DNA from: Felis catus | Lineage: Eukaryota | Direction of reading: 5' to 3' | Assembly (NCBI RefSeq): GCF_018350175.1 | Contig: NC_058368.1 | Location: 231,510,001-231,574,000 of the forward strand | Length of the DNA: 64,000 nt | In this document: in pieces, positions 62,132 through 64,000 of the stretch | Numbering within the stretch: position 1 is the stretch's first letter | How the letters are laid out: every line of letters begins with the position of its first letter | Position numbers and translations under genes: made by a program | Notes under the pieces: generated by a model | The model's input: only the letters and a program-made list of their open reading frames with translations | What the model was told of the DNA's origin: nothing | Database searches by the model: none

Positions 62132-62599
62132 GAGTTCTTTTCTACAATTCCCTGTTAAGGTGCATGACACTGTCATTAATTCTATTAAGCAAGTCAGAAA
62201 CATAAGCATCATCCTTTGCCACCTTCTGCTTTTGGCTGACTAGGTGGTTTTGGATTGATGGGGAGTAAGAAAAAACCAGAACGCACATGCACACACGCAT
62301 ATGCAGACCTGTATTTGAATGCCTCAAAGAGCCATAGAGGCAGTGAGCCTTTGTAGGACTAAGATACAGAAAAAATGAAAAATGAAGAGAGGTGTCTGGT
62401 GTTTGGAGCTGTTTTGGCCCACAAGGCAAATGCAGAATCAGAAAAAAAAAAGTGACATCTGAGAGGTTAAGTTTCTGAGCAAAGCTTTTGGTAGTGTCAC
62501 AAGGCTGGAGGGTGGAAAACTATAGTGTAGGACCTTCTAAGAAGAAGTCACTTACTCCAGGCTTTTTGTTGTTATGCAGGAGGCTACACCCTCAGAGTA

Positions 62600-63780
62600 A
62601 GGCTGAATTGGAAACATTGCAGAAGTTACAAAGGCTGAAAACCAACTCCCAGCCAGCTTAATCCCAGACACGGATAAAATGATCTGCGAGGGGAAAAATT
62701 AAATCCACTCTGGATGATGATAATCTTATCCAAAGCCTTGAATGCCTATATAATTTTATGAAAAGTTGTGTATGAACACAACATTGGCGCTCAATTAAAA
62801 AAAACTGTCCAGGTATACAAAAGGGTAAGACTTGACCAAAACCAAGAGAAAAACATAATTAAACAATAAAAAATAGAGTTCTTATACAGGAACGCCAAAT
62901 ACATATACTTAATGTGTTCAAGACATAAAATTGCAAGATGAAGAATTTCAGCAGGGAACTAGAAACCACAGAAAGGAAACATTGGAATTCTATAATAGAA
63001 AAATAAAAATAAATTAAATTCAGATCTCAGTGAATGGGCATAACATTATATTGAGGTACTGTAGAGAGAATTGGTGAGCCAGAAACAAGTCTGTGAAAGA
63101 CTAGCACAAAAAGACAAAAGATTAGATGGGAAGAAGAGAAAGTAAGAGCCACATGGAACACAATGAAAGGGTATAATTGTAGTTCCACAAAGATAGGAGA
63201 AAGGCACAATGGGCAGAAGCAATACTTGAAGGAATCATGGCCAAGAATTGCACAAAACTTCCAAAAAATGTTCAAAGACATCTATCCTCAAAATCAAGCT
63301 GGTGAGCCCCAAGGGGATAAATACAAAGGAAACTGCCTTGGACACGTCACTGTAATTTCTGAAGACCAAAGATAAAAGGAAATCGTAAAAACAGAGGTGT
63401 TGAAAAGACAGTTCTTTGAAATAGCAAGATCAACAGCTGACTTCTGATGGGAAATCATGGGAGTCTCAACGCAATTGAATAATTTCCTCAAAGCAGTGAA
63501 AGAAGCCTAGAATCCTTTCACTCGTGGCGATATTCTTCAAAAATGAAGATGGAATAAAAACACTTTCAGAGAAGCAAAAATTAGGATGACTTGCCAGGAG
63601 CACATCTTCGCCGAAGGACGTGACGGAGGGAGTTTTTCAGTCAGGAGGGACGTGATCCCAGATGGAGACATGGAGTGCTGAAAGGGGGACCAACAGAAAC
63701 AGAAATGTGTACCGGCAAAAATCAACAAGAATAATGTATCAAGGTGTTTAATATGCGTGTTGACTACAAACATGAGGAGA
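62600..63780 (+). mobile_element. Ancient L1 ORF1-region relic
   Basis: A-rich sense strand; degraded ORF1 motifs (ACAGCTGACTTCT...GAAATCATGG, GAAGCAAAAATTAGG). Confidence 0.7.
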
Positions 63781-63885
63781 ACAGCATAAACTTTGGGAGG
63801 TAAGTAGGGCTGAAGTGGGCTAAGGGCATCGCCTTACACATCCACAAGCTGAGTGGGAAACTCAGTCTTCCGTAGTCCATGACCT

Positions 63886-64000
63886 TGTTTTTATTTTATT
63901 GATTGATTGATTGATTGATTGATTTATGAGAGAGGAAGAGAGAGACATAGACACAGAGACAGAGAGAGAGAGAACAAGGAGGGGAGGGACAGAGAGCAAG
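63886..64000 (-). mobile_element. CanSINE tail (cut by the window end)
   Basis: T-rich/(TGAT)n tail followed by (AG)-rich SINE sequence. Confidence 0.75.

Overview
This is mammalian genomic DNA, almost certainly from a felid. It carries about 25 tRNA-derived carnivore SINEs (CanSINE/SINEC, including several near-identical young felid-type copies) and felid-type L1 3' ends. I found no credible protein-coding exon or RNA gene, so the window looks intergenic or deep-intronic. The ORF track is essentially noise from SINEs, L1s and GC-rich DNA. Much of the window is repeat-derived: SINEs, young and old L1, L2/MIR relics, MaLR/ERVL solo LTRs and hAT/Tigger DNA-transposon fossils. The most notable signals are: (1) an isolated 40-nt ubiquitin coding fragment (V17-K29) with near-duplicated flanks and no poly(A); (2) a compact PBX-HOX + MEIS + homeodomain-palindrome + TCF motif cluster near 58.2-58.45 kb; (3) a ~23-24-bp-periodic array of CCA(C/T)GTG E-boxes; (4) a perfect AGGTCA DR2 element and three CTCF-like motifs; (5) clear retrotransposition signatures, namely three 5'-inverted (twin-primed) L1s, target sites hit twice and a possible poly(A)-only insertion. 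Repeat family names come from recalled consensus sequences, not from a database search. Regulatory calls are motif-level inferences. I see no evidence of a new multi-gene system.
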